Of a stretch of 31,345 nt of DNA, positions 1-9,518 are shown piece after piece. The notes under the pieces were generated by a model, which did no database searches, was not told the DNA's origin, and was given only the letters and a program-made list of their open reading frames with translations. A program made the position numbers and the translations under genes. Position 1 is the first letter of the stretch, and the number at the start of each line of letters is the position of its first letter. This stretch comes from Escherichia phage D8, in sequence record OM475426, one strand, 5' to 3'.

Positions 1-92
1 AGTTTAGATCGTGCTCCGTCAGAATAGGCGCGACACCATGGTGGTCATGCACCTGCATTAAAACCGACCCATGAAGCGGGCGGGCGAGGCGG
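1..92. repeat. Terminal direct repeat: bases 1-92 are identical to 31129-31220 (circular/concatemer wrap of the phage genome)
   Basis: Direct comparison of the window start with 31129-31220; match breaks at base 93 vs 31221. Implies unit genome length 31,128 bp. Confidence 0.9.
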
Positions 93-102
93 GGGAAAGC
101 AC
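83..102. other. cos: Candidate cos (cohesive end / terminase cleavage) site, P2-type
   Basis: Sequence ggcgaggcgggggaaagcac closely resembles the P2 19-nt cohesive end as I recall it (GGCGAGGCGGGGAAAGCAC, from memory), and lies just outside the Q gene 3' end as in P2. Confidence 0.55.
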
Positions 103-244
103 TGCGCGCTGGCGGTGGTGCTGATTTTATTTTTTCAGCGTCTGAGCGCGTCGTGAAGGCGCTTAGTCTGCCCGTTGAGGCGTTGGTTTGCCTGCGGGCT
201 GTTTTGTGCGGTGGTGAGCGTGTGAGGGCGTGATGACGGGATGT

Positions 245-266
245 AAAAAAGCCGCCCGCAGGCGGC
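245..266 (-). terminator. Rho-independent terminator downstream of Q (minus strand)
   Basis: GC-rich hairpin gccgcc/cgca/ggcggc at 251-266 followed on the minus strand by a run of T (complement of aaaaaa 245-250), a few nt past the Q stop at 272. Confidence 0.6.
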
Positions 267-271
267 GATGT

Positions 272-1306
272 TCAGCCGTTGTCAGTGTCCAGTGAGTAGT
301 TTTTAAAGCGGATGACCTCCTGACCGAGCCAGCCGTTTATCTCGCGGATCCTGTCCTGTAGCGGGATAAGCTCATTGCGGACAAAGACCTTTGCCACTTT
401 CTCAATATCTCCCAGTGACCCGACGTTCTCCGGCTTGCCGCCCATCAACTGAAAGGGGATGCGGTGCGCGTCCAGCAGGTCTGCGGCACTGGCTTTTTTG
501 ATATTAAAAAAATCGTCCTTCGTTGCCACTTCACTGAGCGGGATAATTTTAATTCCGTCGGCTTTCCCCTGCGGGGCATAGAGAAACAGATTTTTAAAGT
601 TGTTGCGGCCTTTCGACTTCACCATGTTTTCGCGAAGCATTTCGATATCGTTGCGATCCTGCACGGCATCGGTAACGTACATGATGTATCCGGCATGAGC
701 GCCATTTTCGTAATACTTGCGGCGGAACAGCGTGGCCGACTCATTCAGCCAGGCAGAGTTAAGGGCGCTGAGATATTCCGGCAGGCCGTACAGCTCCTGA
801 TTAATATCCGGCTCCAGCAGGTGAAACACGGAGCCGGGCGCGAAAGGTGTCGGCTCATGGAAGGACGGCACCCACCAGTAAACATCCTCTTCCACGCCAC
901 GGCGGGTATATTTTGCCGGTGAGGTTTCCAGTCTGATGACCTTACCGGTGGTGCTGTAACGCTTTTCCAGAAACGCATTACCGAACACCAGAAAATCCAG
1001 CACAAAGCGGCTGAAATCCTGCTGGGAAAGCCACGGATGCGGGATAAATGTCGAGGCCAGAATATTGCGTTTGACGTAAATCGGGGAGCTGTGATGCACG
1101 GCAGCACGCAGGCTTTTTGCCAGACCGGTAAAGCTGACCGGTGGCTCATACCATCTGCCGTTACTGATGCACTCGACGTAATCCAGAATGTCACGGCGGT
1201 CGAGTACCGGCACCGGCTCACCAAAGGTGAATGCCTCCATTTTCGGGGCGCTGGCGGTCATTTTTTTTGCCGCAGGTTGCGGTGTTTTCCCTTTTTTCTT
1301 GCTCAT
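272..1306 (-). CDS. Q: Portal protein (P2 gpQ-like), 344 aa
   Basis: ORF length identical to P2 gpQ (344 aa), position next to cos and upstream of the large terminase, Lys-rich N-terminus; 1-nt overlap with the P stop suggests translational coupling. Confidence 0.9.
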   Translation of the reverse strand: MSKKKGKTPQPAAKKMTASAPKMEAFTFGEPVPVLDRRDILDYVECISNGRWYEPPVSFTGLAKSLRAAVHHSSPIYVKRNILASTFIPHPWLSQQDFSRFVLDFLVFGNAFLEKRYSTTGKVIRLETSPAKYTRRGVEEDVYWWVPSFHEPTPFAPGSVFHLLEPDINQELYGLPEYLSALNSAWLNESATLFRRKYYENGAHAGYIMYVTDAVQDRNDIEMLRENMVKSKGRNNFKNLFLYAPQGKADGIKIIPLSEVATKDDFFNIKKASAADLLDAHRIPFQLMGGKPENVGSLGDIEKVAKVFVRNELIPLQDRIREINGWLGQEVIRFKNYSLDTDNG

Positions 1307-3078
1307 CAGTAAAACTCCAGAATGGTGGATGTCAGCGGGGTGCTGATACCGGCGGTGAGTGGCTCATTTAACAGGGCGTGCATGGTCGCCCAGGCGAGGT
1401 CGGCGTGGCTGGCTTCCTCGCTGCGGCTGGCCTCATAGGTGGCGCTGCGTCCGCTGCTGGTCATGGTCTTGCGGATAGCCATAAACGAGCTGGTGATGTC
1501 GGTGGCGCTGACGTCATATTCCAGACAGCCACGGCGAATAACGTCTTTTGCCTTGAGCACCATTGCGGTTTTCATTTCCGGCGTGTAGCGGATATCGCGC
1601 GCGGCGGGATAGAACGAGCGCACGAGCTGGAACACGCCGACACCGAGGCCGGTGGCATCAATACCGATGTATTCGACGTTGTATTTTTCGGTGAGTTTGC
1701 GGATGGATTCCGCCTGAGTGGCAAAGTCCATGCCTTTCCACTGGTGACGCTCAAGTATTCTGAATTTGCCACCGGCCACCACCGGCGGTGCCAGCACCAC
1801 GCATCCGGCGCTGTCGCCACGGTGTGACGGGTCGTAACCAATCCATACCGGGCGGGAGCCGAACGGATTGGCGGCAAACGGCGCATAGTCTTCCCATTCT
1901 TCCAGCGTGTCGACCATGCAGCGTTGCAGCTCCTCAAACGGGAACACCGACGCCTTGTCGTCAACAAATTCACACATGAACAGGTTTTTAAAATCGTCGG
2001 CGCTGTTTTCGCGTTTGAGCTGCTCAATGTCGAACAGCGTGCAGCCGCCTTTCAGGGCATCCTCAATGGTGACAATCTGCCGCCACTGGCCGTCCGCACA
2101 GAGAAGCCCACCGGCAAGGGCGTTATGACTGACGTCGATTTCCACGCGTTCGGCGGCGCTGGCGCGTCCCCGGTTGAACAGTTCACCCGACCAGAACGGG
2201 TAGGCGTCGTGCGCCAGCGTGGACGGGGTGGAGAAATAGGTCGAACGCAGGTGACTCTGTGAGGCCATACCTGATGCCACCTTACGCAGTACCTGAAAAT
2301 TCGGGATCCAGAAAATCTCGTCGACGTACAGGTCGCCGTTATGGCTCTGTGCGGTGTTGGAGTTGGTGCCGAGAAAAATCAGTTTTGCGCCGTTATTGCC
2401 CAGGACAATCGGGTCACCGGTCAGGTCAACGTCAACCAGACGGGCAAAGGCGATGATGTATTCGCGGAACACATACGCCTGCGTTTTACTGGCCGACAGA
2501 AAAATCTGGTTATGGCCGGTTTTCAGGGCGCGCAGCAGCGCCTCGCGGGAAAAATAAAACGTCGCGCCAATCTGGCGGGATTTCAGGATATCGCGGATGC
2601 GGTGCTCAAGCCCGGCGCGATACCAGTGCAACTGATAGTCGAAAGACTGCTCAAAGAAAATCTGCTCCAGCTTTTCGATGGCCTCGTCACTGAAAAAATT
2701 CTTTTTCGGTTTGCGCCGCCCGCCTTTGTTGCGGTTAGCGACGTTCGGATTAAGGTCTGCCTCGTTGCCGGTCTGACTGTAACGGTTTACCCGTGCCAGT
2801 CGTTCAATCTGGCGTCCCAGCAGGTCAATTTCCTTGAAGTCACCGCCGGTTTTCTGCGGTTTGATAATGAGCTGGGTCAGCCGCGCTTCCAGGCTCATTT
2901 CGACACGGCTGATGGGGGCAACGCTGTCCCAGCCGTCGCGCTGTTTCCAGCTCTGCACCGTCGGGCGTTTCATCTGCAACATGGCGGCAATCTGCGGCAC
3001 GGAAAACCCCTGCCAGTACAGCAGCGCCGCCTGACGACGCGGGTCGTGCAAAAGAGTGGTGTCTGTGGTGATGGTCAT
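1306..3078 (-). CDS. P: Terminase large (ATPase) subunit (P2 gpP-like), about 590 aa
   Basis: 600-aa ORF; start placed at internal Met (MTITTD...) to give 590 aa as in P2 gpP; divergent from O as in P2. Confidence 0.88.
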   Translation of the reverse strand: MTITTDTTLLHDPRRQAALLYWQGFSVPQIAAMLQMKRPTVQSWKQRDGWDSVAPISRVEMSLEARLTQLIIKPQKTGGDFKEIDLLGRQIERLARVNRYSQTGNEADLNPNVANRNKGGRRKPKKNFFSDEAIEKLEQIFFEQSFDYQLHWYRAGLEHRIRDILKSRQIGATFYFSREALLRALKTGHNQIFLSASKTQAYVFREYIIAFARLVDVDLTGDPIVLGNNGAKLIFLGTNSNTAQSHNGDLYVDEIFWIPNFQVLRKVASGMASQSHLRSTYFSTPSTLAHDAYPFWSGELFNRGRASAAERVEIDVSHNALAGGLLCADGQWRQIVTIEDALKGGCTLFDIEQLKRENSADDFKNLFMCEFVDDKASVFPFEELQRCMVDTLEEWEDYAPFAANPFGSRPVWIGYDPSHRGDSAGCVVLAPPVVAGGKFRILERHQWKGMDFATQAESIRKLTEKYNVEYIGIDATGLGVGVFQLVRSFYPAARDIRYTPEMKTAMVLKAKDVIRRGCLEYDVSATDITSSFMAIRKTMTSSGRSATYEASRSEEASHADLAWATMHALLNEPLTAGISTPLTSTILEFY

Positions 3079-3251
3079 GAATACCTCGCCGTGATGAATA
3101 CACGGCAAGGCTACTGAGTCGCGCCCCGCGATTCGCTAAGGTGCTGTTGTGTCAGTGATAAGCCATCCGGGACTGATGGCGGAGGATGCGCATCGTCGGG
3201 AAACTGATGCCGACATGTGACTCCTCTAATCACTATTCAGGACTCCTGACA
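3079..3251. promoter_or_regulatory. Divergent late promoter region (PP leftward, PO rightward) expected to be Ogr-dependent
   Basis: Intergenic region between divergently transcribed P and O, which in P2 holds the PP and PO late promoters; I could not locate an exact TGT-N12-ACA activator site by eye. Confidence 0.4.
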
Positions 3252-4106
3252 ATGGCAAAAAAAGTCTCAAAATTCTTTCGTATCGGCGTTGAGGGTGACA
3301 CCTGTGACGGGCGTGTCATCAGTGCGCAGGATATTCAGGAAATGGCCGAAACCTTTGACCCGCGTGTCTATGGTTGCCGTATTAACCTGGAACATCTGCG
3401 CGGCATCCTGCCTGACGGTATTTTTAAACGTTATGGTGATGTGGCCGAACTGAAGGCCGAAAAGATTGACGATGATTCGGCGCTGAAAGGCAAATGGGCG
3501 CTGTTTGCGAAAATCACCCCGACCGATGACCTTATCGCGATGAACAAGGCCGCGCAGAAGGTCTATACCTCAATGGAAATTCAGCCGAACTTTGCCAATA
3601 CCGGCAAATGTTATCTGGTGGGTCTGGCCGTCACCGATGACCCGGCAAGCCTCGGCACGGAATACCTGGAATTCTGCCGCACGGCAAAACACAACCCCCT
3701 GAACCGCTTCAAATTAAGCCCTGAAAACCTGATTTCAGTGGCAACGCCCGTTGAGCTGGAATTTGAAGACCTGCCTGAAACCGTGTTCACCGCCCTGACC
3801 GAAAAGGTGAAGTCCATTTTTGGCCGCAAACAGGCCAGCGATGACGCCCGTCTGAATGACGTGCATGAAGCGGTGACCGCTGTTGCTGAACATGTGCAGG
3901 AAAAACTGAGCGCCACTGAGCAGCGCCTCGCTGAGATGGAAACCGCCTTTTCCGCTCTTAAGCAGGAGGTGACTGACAGGGCGGATGAAACCAGCCAGGC
4001 ATTCACCCGCCTGAAAAACAGTCTCGACCACACCGAAAGTCTGACCCAGCAGCGCCGCAGCAAGGCCACCGGTGGTGGCGGTGACGCCCTGATGACGAAC
4101 TGCTGA
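3252..4106 (+). CDS. O: Capsid scaffolding protein (P2 gpO-like), 284 aa
   Basis: Start placed at MAKKVSKFF giving 284 aa, the P2 gpO length; coiled-coil-like C-terminus; position before major capsid gene. Confidence 0.85.
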   Translation: MAKKVSKFFRIGVEGDTCDGRVISAQDIQEMAETFDPRVYGCRINLEHLRGILPDGIFKRYGDVAELKAEKIDDDSALKGKWALFAKITPTDDLIAMNKAAQKVYTSMEIQPNFANTGKCYLVGLAVTDDPASLGTEYLEFCRTAKHNPLNRFKLSPENLISVATPVELEFEDLPETVFTALTEKVKSIFGRKQASDDARLNDVHEAVTAVAEHVQEKLSATEQRLAEMETAFSALKQEVTDRADETSQAFTRLKNSLDHTESLTQQRRSKATGGGGDALMTNC

Positions 4107-4164
4107 CCGGCGTCAGTCAGTCCGGGAAAACCTTCACGATTAACCCTTAATTTCAGGAAAAACT

Positions 4165-5238
4165 ATGCGCCAGGAAACCCGCTTTAAATTTAATGCCTAC
4201 CTGTCCCGTGTTGCCGAACTGAACGGCATCGACGCCGGTGATGTGTCGAAAAAATTCACCGTTGAACCGTCGGTCACCCAGACCCTGATGAACACCATGC
4301 AGGAGTCCTCTGACTTTCTGACCCGCATCAACATTGTGCCGGTCAGCGAAATGAAAGGGGAAAAAATTGGCATCGGTGTCACCGGCTCCATCGCCAGCAC
4401 CACCGACACCGCCGGTGGCACCGAGCGTCAGCCGAAGGACTTCTCGAAGCTGGCGTCTAACAAGTACGAATGCGACCAGATTAACTTCGATTTTTATATC
4501 CGCTACAAAACGCTGGACCTGTGGGCGCGTTATCAGGATTTCCAGCTCCGTGTCCGTAACGCCATTATCAAACGCCAGTCCCTTGATTTAATCATGGCCG
4601 GTTTTAACGGTGTGAGGCGTGCCGAAACCTCTGACCGCAGCAGCAATCCGATGCTGCAGGATGTGGCGGTCGGCTGGCTGCAGAAATACCGCAATGAAGC
4701 CCCGGCGCGCGTGATGAGCAAGGTCACTGACGAGGAAGGGCACACCACCTCTGAGGTTATCCGCGTGGGTAAGGGCGGTGATTATGCCAGCCTTGACGCA
4801 CTGGTGATGGATGCGACCAACAACCTGATTGAGCCGTGGTATCAGGAAGACCCTGACCTTGTGGTGATTGTGGGACGTCAGCTACTGGCGGACAAGTATT
4901 TTCCCATCGTCAACAAGGAGCAGGACAACAGCGAAATACTGGCCGCTGACGTCATCATCAGCCAGAAACGCATCGGTAACCTGCCGGCGGTACGCGTCCC
5001 GTACTTCCCGGCGGATGCGATGCTCATCACAAAGCTGGAAAACCTGTCCATCTACTACATGGATGACAGCCATCGCCGCGTGATTGAGGAAAACCCGAAA
5101 CTCGACCGCGTGGAGAACTACGAGTCAATGAACATTGATTACGTAGTGGAAGACTACGCCGCCGGTTGTCTGGTGGAAAAAATTAAGGTCGGTGATTTCT
5201 CCACACTGGCTAAAGCGACCGCAGAGCCGGGAGCGTAA
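4165..5238 (+). CDS. N: Major capsid protein (P2 gpN-like), 357 aa
   Basis: 357 aa equals P2 gpN; RBS-like aggaaa upstream; position O-N-M. Confidence 0.9.
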   Translation: MRQETRFKFNAYLSRVAELNGIDAGDVSKKFTVEPSVTQTLMNTMQESSDFLTRINIVPVSEMKGEKIGIGVTGSIASTTDTAGGTERQPKDFSKLASNKYECDQINFDFYIRYKTLDLWARYQDFQLRVRNAIIKRQSLDLIMAGFNGVRRAETSDRSSNPMLQDVAVGWLQKYRNEAPARVMSKVTDEEGHTTSEVIRVGKGGDYASLDALVMDATNNLIEPWYQEDPDLVVIVGRQLLADKYFPIVNKEQDNSEILAADVIISQKRIGNLPAVRVPYFPADAMLITKLENLSIYYMDDSHRRVIEENPKLDRVENYESMNIDYVVEDYAAGCLVEKIKVGDFSTLAKATAEPGA

Positions 5239-5241
5239 CCG

Positions 5242-5985
5242 ATGACGAGTCCCGCACAGCGCCACATGATGCGGGTCTCGGCAGCGATGACCGCGCAGCG
5301 GGAAGCCGCCCCGCTGCGACATGCAACTGTCTATGAGCAGATGCTGGTTAAGCTCGCCGCAGACCAGCGCACACTGAAAGCGATTTATTCAAAAGAGCTG
5401 AAGGCCGCGAAAAAACGCGAACTGCTGCCGTTCTGGTTGCCGTGGGTGAACGGCGTGCTGGAGCAGGGCAAAGGTGCACAGGATGACATTCTGATGACGG
5501 TCATGCTGTGGCGTCTGGATACCGGCGATATTGCCGGTGCGCTGGAGATTGCCCGTTATGCCCTGAAGTACGGTCTGACCATGCCGGGTAAACACCGCCG
5601 TACCCCGCCGTACATGTTCACCGAGGAGGTAGCGCTTGCGGCCATGCGCGCTCACGCTGCCGGTGAGTCTGTGGATACCCGCCTGCTGACGGAGACCCTT
5701 GAACTGACCGCCACGGCTGACATGCCTGATGAAGTGCGCGCAAAGCTGCACAAAATCACCGGTCTGTTTCTGCGTGACGGTGGTGATGCCGCCGGTGCGC
5801 TGGCTCACCTGCAACGTGCGACACAGCTCGACTGTCAGGCAGGTGTCAAAAAAGAGATTGAACGACTGGAGCGGGAGCTGAAACCGAAGCCGGAGCCGCA
5901 GCCCAAAGCGGCCACCCGTACCCCGCGTAAGAGCCGGAGCGTGACACCGGCAAAACGTGGACGCCCGAAAAAGAAAGCCAGTTAA
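5242..5985 (+). CDS. M: Terminase small (endonuclease) subunit (P2 gpM-like), 247 aa
   Basis: 247 aa equals P2 gpM; basic Lys/Arg/Pro-rich C-terminal tail; gene order. Confidence 0.88.
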   Translation: MTSPAQRHMMRVSAAMTAQREAAPLRHATVYEQMLVKLAADQRTLKAIYSKELKAAKKRELLPFWLPWVNGVLEQGKGAQDDILMTVMLWRLDTGDIAGALEIARYALKYGLTMPGKHRRTPPYMFTEEVALAAMRAHAAGESVDTRLLTETLELTATADMPDEVRAKLHKITGLFLRDGGDAAGALAHLQRATQLDCQAGVKKEIERLERELKPKPEPQPKAATRTPRKSRSVTPAKRGRPKKKAS

Positions 5986-6084
5986 CAACCGAATGCGCCC
6001 CGCGCCAGGGCGGCACGCCGGTCAGTGAGGGTGAATCACCTGACGCTGTACCGGCGTCCACCGCCCGACTTTTCAGAGGTAGTC

Positions 6085-6594
6085 ATGATGACGCTGATTA
6101 TTCCGCGAAAGGAGGCTCCCGTGTCCGGTGAGGGTACGGTGGTCATCCCGCAACCGGCAGGCGACGAGCCGGTGATTAAAAACACGTTCTTTTTTCCCGA
6201 TATCGACCCGAAGCGCGTCCGGGAACGTATGCGCCTTGAGCAGACCGTCGCCCCCGCCCGTCTGCGTGAGGCCATCAAGTCAGGCATGGCGGAGACGAAT
6301 GCGGAGCTGTACGAGTACCGCGAACAGAAAATTGCCGCCGGTTTTACGCGTCTGGCGGACGTTCCGGCGGACGACATCGACGGTGAAAGCATCAAAGTTT
6401 TTTACTACGAGCGCGCCGTGTGTGCGATGGCGACCGCGTCGCTTTATGAGCGTTATCGCGGCGTGGATGCCAGTGCGAAAGGCGACAAGAAGGCCGACAG
6501 CATTGACAGCACCATTGATGAGCTGTGGCGGGATATGCGCTGGGCAGTGGCGCGCATCCAGGACAAGCCGCGCTGCATCGTGAGCCAAATCTGA
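6085..6594 (+). CDS. L: Head completion/stabilisation protein (P2 gpL-like), 169 aa
   Basis: ORF 6025-6594; start at MMTLIIP gives 169 aa as in P2 gpL. Confidence 0.8.
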   Translation: MMTLIIPRKEAPVSGEGTVVIPQPAGDEPVIKNTFFFPDIDPKRVRERMRLEQTVAPARLREAIKSGMAETNAELYEYREQKIAAGFTRLADVPADDIDGESIKVFYYERAVCAMATASLYERYRGVDASAKGDKKADSIDSTIDELWRDMRWAVARIQDKPRCIVSQI

Positions 6595-6797
6595 TGAAGA
6601 CCTTTGCGCTACAGGGCGACACGCTCGACGCCATTTGTGTCCGGTATTACGGGCGCACTGAGGGCGTGGTTGAGACCGTGCTCGCCGCAAATTCGGGACT
6701 GGCTGAACTGGGGGCGGTGCTGCCACATGGCACCGCCGTCGAACTGCCCGACGTTCAGACCGCGCCCGTGGCTGAAACTGTCAATCTGTGGGAGTAA
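6594..6797 (+). CDS. X: Tail protein X (P2 gpX-like, LysM-type), 67 aa
   Basis: Start at MKTFALQGDTLDAICVRYYG gives 67 aa as in P2 gpX; ATG overlaps the L stop. Confidence 0.75.
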   Translation: MKTFALQGDTLDAICVRYYGRTEGVVETVLAANSGLAELGAVLPHGTAVELPDVQTAPVAETVNLWE

Positions 6798-6800
6798 CGC

Positions 6801-7082
6801 ATGACAGCAGAAGAAAAAAGCGTCCTGTCGCTTTTCATGATTGGGGTGCTGATTGTTGTCGGCAAGGTGCTTGCCGGTGGTGAACCCATCACCCCGCGTC
6901 TGTTTATCGGGCGCATGTTGCTCGGTGGTTTTGTCTCGATGGTTGCCGGTGTTGTTCTGGTGCAGTTTCCTGACCTGTCACTGCCTGCGGTGTGCGGTAT
7001 CGGCTCCATGCTGGGTATCGCCGGTTATCAGGTGATTGAGATTGCCATTCAGCGCCGTTTTAAGGGCAGGGGGAAACCGTAA
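6801..7082 (+). CDS. Y: Holin (P2 gpY-like), 93 aa
   Basis: 93 aa as P2 Y; hydrophobic transmembrane segments (LSLFMIGVLIVVGKVLAGG; FVSMVAGVVLVQF); precedes endolysin. Confidence 0.8.
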   Translation: MTAEEKSVLSLFMIGVLIVVGKVLAGGEPITPRLFIGRMLLGGFVSMVAGVVLVQFPDLSLPAVCGIGSMLGIAGYQVIEIAIQRRFKGRGKP

Positions 7083-7579
7083 TGCCGGTAATTAACACGC
7101 ATCAGAATATCGCCGCCTTTCTCGACATGCTGGCCGTGTCCGAAGGGACGGCGAATCATCCGCTGACGAAAAACCGGGGCTATGACGTGATAGTCACCGG
7201 ACTGGACGGGAAGCCGGAAATTTTCACCGACTACAGTGACCACCCGTTCGCGCATGGCCGACCGGCGAAGGTGTTTAACCGTCGCGGTGAAAAATCCACG
7301 GCCTCCGGTCGCTATCAGCAGCTTTACCTGTTCTGGCCGCATTACCGCAAACAGCTTGCCCTGCCGGATTTCAGTCCGTTGTCACAGGACAGACTCGCCA
7401 TTCAGTTGATCCGCGAACGCGGTGCGCTGGATGACATCCGGGCGGGATGTATTGAGCGCGCCATTTCACGCTGTCGCAATATCTGGGCGTCCCTGCCGGG
7501 TGCCGGTTACGGTCAGCGTGAGCATTCACTGGAAAAACTGGTCACCGTCTGGCGTACCGCTGGCGGCGTACCGGCTTAA
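7082..7579 (+). CDS. K: Endolysin/lysozyme (P2 gpK-like), 165 aa
   Basis: 165 aa as P2 K; position after holin; start overlaps Y stop. Confidence 0.85.
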   Translation: MPVINTHQNIAAFLDMLAVSEGTANHPLTKNRGYDVIVTGLDGKPEIFTDYSDHPFAHGRPAKVFNRRGEKSTASGRYQQLYLFWPHYRKQLALPDFSPLSQDRLAIQLIRERGALDDIRAGCIERAISRCRNIWASLPGAGYGQREHSLEKLVTVWRTAGGVPA

Positions 7580-7593
7580 ACGGAGTAAACACC

Positions 7594-8019
7594 ATGAAGA
7601 AATTATCCCTTTCACTGATGCTGAACGTGTCGCTGGCGCTGATGCTGGCACTGTCCCTGATTTACCCGCAGAGCGTGGCCGTCAGTTTTGTCGCCGCATG
7701 GGCGATTCTGGCGATGGTTATCTGTGTGTTTGCCGGTGGTGTCGGCGTGTATGCCACTGAGTATGTGCTGGAACGCTACGGGCGGGAGCTGCCGCCGGAA
7801 TCGCTGGCCGTGAAGATTGTCACGTCGCTGTTTTTGCAGCCGGTGCCGTGGCGCAGACGGGCGGCGGCTCTGGTTGTGATGGTGGCGACATTTATCTCGC
7901 TGGTCGCTGCCGGGTGGATTTTTACCGCGCTGATTTATCTCGTGGCGTCGCTGTTTTTCCGGCTGATACGCACGGCCTGCCGTCAGCGTCTTGAGGGGCG
8001 GGAACCATGTCAAGGCTGA
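7594..8019 (+). CDS. lysA: Lysis regulatory membrane protein LysA-like, 141 aa
   Basis: 141 aa as P2 LysA; multiple predicted TM helices; position K-lysA-lysB. Confidence 0.75.
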   Translation: MKKLSLSLMLNVSLALMLALSLIYPQSVAVSFVAAWAILAMVICVFAGGVGVYATEYVLERYGRELPPESLAVKIVTSLFLQPVPWRRRAAALVVMVATFISLVAAGWIFTALIYLVASLFFRLIRTACRQRLEGREPCQG

Positions 8020-8450
8020 TGATTGTGATGGTTGTGTTGTTATCGCTGGCGGTGGCGGGGCTGTTTCTGGCGAAGCATGAAAACGCCAGCCTGCGCGCCT
8101 CGCTGGACAGGGCGAACAACGTCGCCAGCGGGCAGCAGACGACCATCACCATGCTGAAAAATCAGCTTCATGTTGCCCTCACCAGAGCAGACAAAAACGA
8201 GCTGGCGCAGGTGGTACTGCGTCAGGAACTGGAGAACGCCGCGAAGCGTGAAGCACAGCGCGAGAAAACCATCACGAGATTACTGAATGAAAACGAAGAT
8301 TTTCGCCGCTGGTACGGCGCTGACCTGCCTGATGCTGTGCGCCGGTTGCACCAGCGCCCCGCCTGCACCGATGCCAGTGATTGTCCACAACGCCTGCCCG
8401 AAAGTGAGTCTTTGCCCGATGCCGGGCAGCGACCCGGAGACGAACGGTGA
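8007..8450 (+). CDS. lysB: Inner-membrane spanin (Rz-like) LysB, up to 147 aa
   Basis: N-terminal TM helix then charged coiled-coil region; overlaps the lysA end; contains the embedded lysC frame. Confidence 0.75.
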   Translation: MSRLMIVMVVLLSLAVAGLFLAKHENASLRASLDRANNVASGQQTTITMLKNQLHVALTRADKNELAQVVLRQELENAAKREAQREKTITRLLNENEDFRRWYGADLPDAVRRLHQRPACTDASDCPQRLPESESLPDAGQRPGDER

Positions 8451-8577
8451 TTTAAGTGCCGATATCCGGCAGCTTGAGAACGCGCTGGCGCGCTGTGCCA
8501 GCCAGGTAAAAATGATTAAACACTGTCAGGACGAAAACGATGCTCAAACCCGACAGCCTGCGCAGGGCGCTGACTGA
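8287..8577 (+). CDS. lysC: Outer-membrane lipoprotein spanin (Rz1-like) LysC, 96 aa, embedded out of frame in lysB
   Basis: Signal peptide with lipobox-like LCAGC then Pro-rich sequence; 96 aa as P2 LysC; nested in the +1 frame of the lysB 3' half. Confidence 0.7.
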   Translation: MKTKIFAAGTALTCLMLCAGCTSAPPAPMPVIVHNACPKVSLCPMPGSDPETNGDLSADIRQLENALARCASQVKMIKHCQDENDAQTRQPAQGAD

Positions 8578-9007
8578 TGCCGTCACGGTGCTGAAAACTA
8601 ACCCCGATATGCTGCGGATATTCGTGGATAACGGGAGTATTGCCTCCACACTGGCGGCGTCGTTGTCATTCGAAAAGCGTTACACGCTCAATGTCATTGT
8701 GACCGACTTTACCGGTGATTTTGACCTGCTCATCGTGCCGGTGCTGGCGTGGCTGCGGGAAAATCAGCCCGACATCATGACCACCGACGAAGGTCAGAAA
8801 AAGGGCTTCACGTTTTATGCAGACATCAACAATGACAGCAGCTTTGATATCAGCATCAGCCTGATGCTGACCGAGCGCACGCTGGTCAGTGAGGTGGACG
8901 GCGCACTGCATGTGAAGAATATCCCGGAACCCCCGCCGCCGGAGCCGGTCACCCGCCCGATGGAGCTGTATATCAATGGCGAACTGGTGAGCAAGTGGGA
9001 TGAATGA
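8540..9007 (+). CDS. R: Tail completion protein (P2 gpR-like), 155 aa
   Basis: 155 aa as P2 gpR; gene order. Confidence 0.8.
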   Translation: MLKPDSLRRALTDAVTVLKTNPDMLRIFVDNGSIASTLAASLSFEKRYTLNVIVTDFTGDFDLLIVPVLAWLRENQPDIMTTDEGQKKGFTFYADINNDSSFDISISLMLTERTLVSEVDGALHVKNIPEPPPPEPVTRPMELYINGELVSKWDE

Positions 9008-9452
9008 GTTTAAGCGTTTTGAAGACCGGCTGACCGGACTGATTGAATCGCTGTCACCGTCAGGGCGTCGGCGACTGAGTGCCGAACTGGCGAAGCGTCT
9101 GCGGCAGAGTCAGCAGCGTCGGGTGATGGCACAGAAAGCCCCGGACGGCACACCCTACGCGCCACGTCAGCAGCAGAGCGCCAGAAAAAAGACCGGTCGC
9201 GTTAAGCGAAAAATGTTTGCGAAACTTATCACCAGTCGTTTTTTGCATATCCGCGCCAGCCCTGAACAGGCCTCAATGGAGTTTTACGGCGGAAAGTCAC
9301 CGAAAATCGCCAGTGTGCATCAGTTCGGTCTGTCGGAAGAAAACCGGAAAGACGGTAAGAAGATTGATTATCCGGCGCGTCCTCTGCTCGGCTTTACCGG
9401 TGAGGATGTGCAGATGATTGAAGAGATTATCCAGGCTCACCTTGACCGTTAG
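9000..9452 (+). CDS. S: Tail completion protein (P2 gpS-like), 150 aa
   Basis: 150 aa as P2 gpS; overlaps R stop. Confidence 0.8.
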   Translation: MNEFKRFEDRLTGLIESLSPSGRRRLSAELAKRLRQSQQRRVMAQKAPDGTPYAPRQQQSARKKTGRVKRKMFAKLITSRFLHIRASPEQASMEFYGGKSPKIASVHQFGLSEENRKDGKKIDYPARPLLGFTGEDVQMIEEIIQAHLDR

Positions 9453-9518
9453 TTGTGCCATTCCCGACACCTCATCGTCACATTGCCGACGGTATGACCC
9501 GGCGGCATCCTTCCCGTT

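Noticed and set aside
464-1224. Antisense and alternative-frame ORFs inside Q (464..922 +, 745..1224 -)
   Set aside because: Fully contained within a well-supported portal gene in a GC-rich region where long spurious frames are expected; no RBS or independent support.
1378-3117. Multiple overlapping ORFs on both strands inside the large terminase gene (for example 2341..3117 +, 1924..2262 +)
   Set aside because: Shadow ORFs of the 590-aa terminase; Arg/Gly/Ala-rich translations typical of the wrong frame of GC-rich coding DNA.
3079-3251. Exact Ogr-binding dyad (TGT-N12-ACA) in the PP/PO and PF late promoter regions
   Set aside because: Only near-matches found by eye (for example TGT-N12-CAC at 3225-3242, too close to the O start); could not place sites confidently without an alignment to P2 late promoters.
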